DNA of 36,245 nucleotides, taken from Gammaproteobacteria bacterium. GTDB lineage: Bacteria > Pseudomonadota > Gammaproteobacteria > JBFIID01. This document shows, one piece after another, positions 34,635-36,245 of this stretch (the first letter of the stretch is position 1; every line of letters begins with the position of its first letter). A model generated the notes under the pieces. That model ran no database searches, was not told where the DNA came from, and saw only the letters and a program-made list of their open reading frames with translations. The stretch is from NCBI GenBank assembly GCA_041601415.1, contig JBFIID010000001.1:1-36245 (forward strand), given 5' to 3'. The translations under genes and the position numbers were made by a program.

Positions 34635-35816
34635 CTATTTTTTATTTGCTGTCCTGCGCGTTTTTTTCTTCTGTATCTGTTGCCCGATCAGCAGCATTCG
34701 CATGGTGCGTTCTCCGGCATTGGCCAGATAGTCTCGCGAGTTCTTCAATGCCTCGTCGATAGTCATGTCTCTGGAGACAGCACTTTCCAGGCCATGGATG
34801 CCATGGGCAAACACGCCGGCGGCATCATCTGCCAGTCCGCCGCCAATCGCCACCACCGGCACCTTATGCTTTTTAGCCGCCTTCGCTACCCCGGATGGGG
34901 TCTTGCCAAACACGGTCTGAAAATCCACCCGACCCTCACCAGTAATCACCAGATCCGCGCCTTTCAGATACTTATCCAGCCCGGTAACGTCGACGACGAT
35001 ATCGATACCACTCTTCAGTTTTGCCCTGGCAAAGCCCACCAGTCCGGCCCCCAGTCCACCGGCAGCACCGGCGCCAGCTAATTTACTGACATCCCTGCCG
35101 GTGGTCTTTTTGATCAACTGGCCATAATGTTTCAGGTTGGCATCCAGCAACTTAACCATCGCCGGATCGGCACCTTTCTGAGGACCGAACACATGCGCCG
35201 CACCTTTCTTTCCACACAGGGGATTGTCTACGTCCGAGGCAATGATAATGGTATTGGCGCGAATGCGTTTATCCACCCCGCTGATATCGATTGAAGCAAT
35301 GCTGGCGAGCATGCCACCGCAGCCCGGTTGTTTGAGTTCCTGTCCGGACTGATCCAGAAAACGTACGCCAATCGCCTGTGCCATTCCCGAGCCACCATCG
35401 GTGGTTGCAGATCCACCCAGCCCCAGGATAATTTTTTCTGCACCCCTGTTGAGCGCATCGATGATTAATTCTCCCGTGCCATAGGTGGTGGTCAACAGGG
35501 GATTACGTTGATCTTTGGGTACCAGTGGCAGACCGGAGGCCTCGGCCATTTCTATTACTGCGGTGACACCATCGCCCAGCATCCCGTAGCGTGCGGTAAC
35601 GGGGTCACCCAGTGGGCCGGTAACCTTCTTTCTAACCATCTTGCCCGCGGTGGCATCAACCAGTGACTGCACCGTTCCCTCGCCACCATCGGCCATTGGT
35701 ACGGTCACCACTCTGGCCCCTGGAATAACCCGGCGGATGCCTTTTTCTATGGCCTGTGCGACCTGCAGGGATGTCAGATTTTCCTTGAAGGAATCCGGTG
35801 CTATGACAATTTTCAT
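34635..35816 (-). CDS. Glycerate kinase
   Basis: N-terminus MKIVIAPDSFKENLTS...VPMADGGEGT and an overall Gly-rich pattern typical of the GlxK/GarK family. It has a short basic C-terminal extension. Confidence 0.85.
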   Translation of the reverse strand: MKIVIAPDSFKENLTSLQVAQAIEKGIRRVIPGARVVTVPMADGGEGTVQSLVDATAGKMVRKKVTGPLGDPVTARYGMLGDGVTAVIEMAEASGLPLVPKDQRNPLLTTTYGTGELIIDALNRGAEKIILGLGGSATTDGGSGMAQAIGVRFLDQSGQELKQPGCGGMLASIASIDISGVDKRIRANTIIIASDVDNPLCGKKGAAHVFGPQKGADPAMVKLLDANLKHYGQLIKKTTGRDVSKLAGAGAAGGLGAGLVGFARAKLKSGIDIVVDVTGLDKYLKGADLVITGEGRVDFQTVFGKTPSGVAKAAKKHKVPVVAIGGGLADDAAGVFAHGIHGLESAVSRDMTIDEALKNSRDYLANAGERTMRMLLIGQQIQKKKTRRTANKK

Positions 35817-35986
35817 CGATTTTCTCCTCCTGGCCTGCGTGCTTATGAGCTGCAGACAGCCAGTTATTATTATTGTTAAGGTCCAGGGGTATATTATTTT
35901 AGTGTGAGCCCCGGCCAGCGGCGATTATAAACCGATTAATCATCGGCATGGCATGTGACACAGCGTTTCCTGCTGGCTGACAACCA

Positions 35987-36245
35987 TTAGCTACGAATAC
36001 CTGAGGCATCAGGTGCAACATCGCCAGCACTCGCCCTCACCACCCGATCGCGGATCAGCAGTTCACGCACACGCCACTGTTGGCTAGTATTGATGTCCGT
36101 TAGAAAGCGCACCTCTTCCGCCTGTTTGACGGCGATATATTCGCCATTGCGAATCACCAGTCGATTCGTATGCAGTGCGGGCAGCCGTTCACCGGGATGT
36201 AGCGTACCCAGAAGATTGAGTGGGTCGGTGGCGGAAATCATAATG
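35987..36245 (-). CDS. C-terminal end of a larger protein that starts beyond the window (possibly an Lhr-type DEAD/DEAH helicase C-terminus)
   Basis: The frame stays open upstream of the track ATG (36241) to the window edge. The segment ATDPLNLLGTLHPGERLP...VIRNGEYIAV resembles the C-terminal region of large Lhr-like helicases as I recall them. The functional call is weak. Confidence 0.4.
   Translation of the reverse strand, partial: IMISATDPLNLLGTLHPGERLPALHTNRLVIRNGEYIAVKQAEEVRFLTDINTSQQWRVRELLIRDRVVRASAGDVAPDASGIRS

Noticed and set aside
1-36245. I searched by eye for tRNA/rRNA genes, CRISPR repeats, IS elements and integrases, long direct or inverted repeats, and prophage genes.
   Set aside because: I found none. 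All intergenic regions are 336 bp or shorter and contain only promoter-, operator- or terminator-sized motifs. A covariance-model scan (Infernal/Rfam, tRNAscan-SE) would be needed to exclude small ncRNAs in the 224-283 bp gaps at 24254-24506, 24717-24940 and 31322-31604.

Overview
This is a 36.2 kb chromosomal segment, most consistent with a gammaproteobacterium (pqiABC, bolA, ttcA, dinB and a 962-aa ptrA-like M16 protease). GC looks near 50% by eye; I did not compute it. I call 30 protein-coding genes, two of them cut by the window edges. I found no rRNA or tRNA genes, no CRISPR array, and no transposase, integrase or phage genes. The window has three blocks. (1) 1-6641, all minus strand: a tightly packed envelope lipid-trafficking cluster, pqiA-pqiB-pqiC followed by a LolA-like lipoprotein-sorting protein and an MMPL/RND exporter. 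(2) 6978-16015: ordinary housekeeping and accessory genes (DUF3365 haem protein, orphan ParA, ttcA, acyltransferase, GNAT, dinB, M16 protease), plus an odd secreted Tyr/His/Arg-rich disordered protein. (3) 16095-32687: an unusually dense second-messenger signalling island. Four genes there carry six cyclic-nucleotide-binding (CNB) domains. These include two tandem paralogous giant proteins of architecture CNB-CNB-rhodanese-long coiled coil, and a Ser/Thr kinase fused to a CNB domain. The island also holds a PilZ-DUF1631-degenerate GGDEF-degenerate EAL protein translationally coupled to that kinase, an intact GAF-GGDEF cyclase, a REC-PAS response regulator, bolA and an ABC exporter. Non-coding signals in the island include a near-consensus CRP-type palindrome and a good sigma-54 promoter match. 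The window contains no nucleotide cyclase for cAMP or cGMP. The tandem CNB-rhodanese-coiled-coil pair and its coupling to c-di-GMP and kinase modules is my best candidate for an undescribed system. All homology statements rest on motif recognition by eye; no database search was possible.
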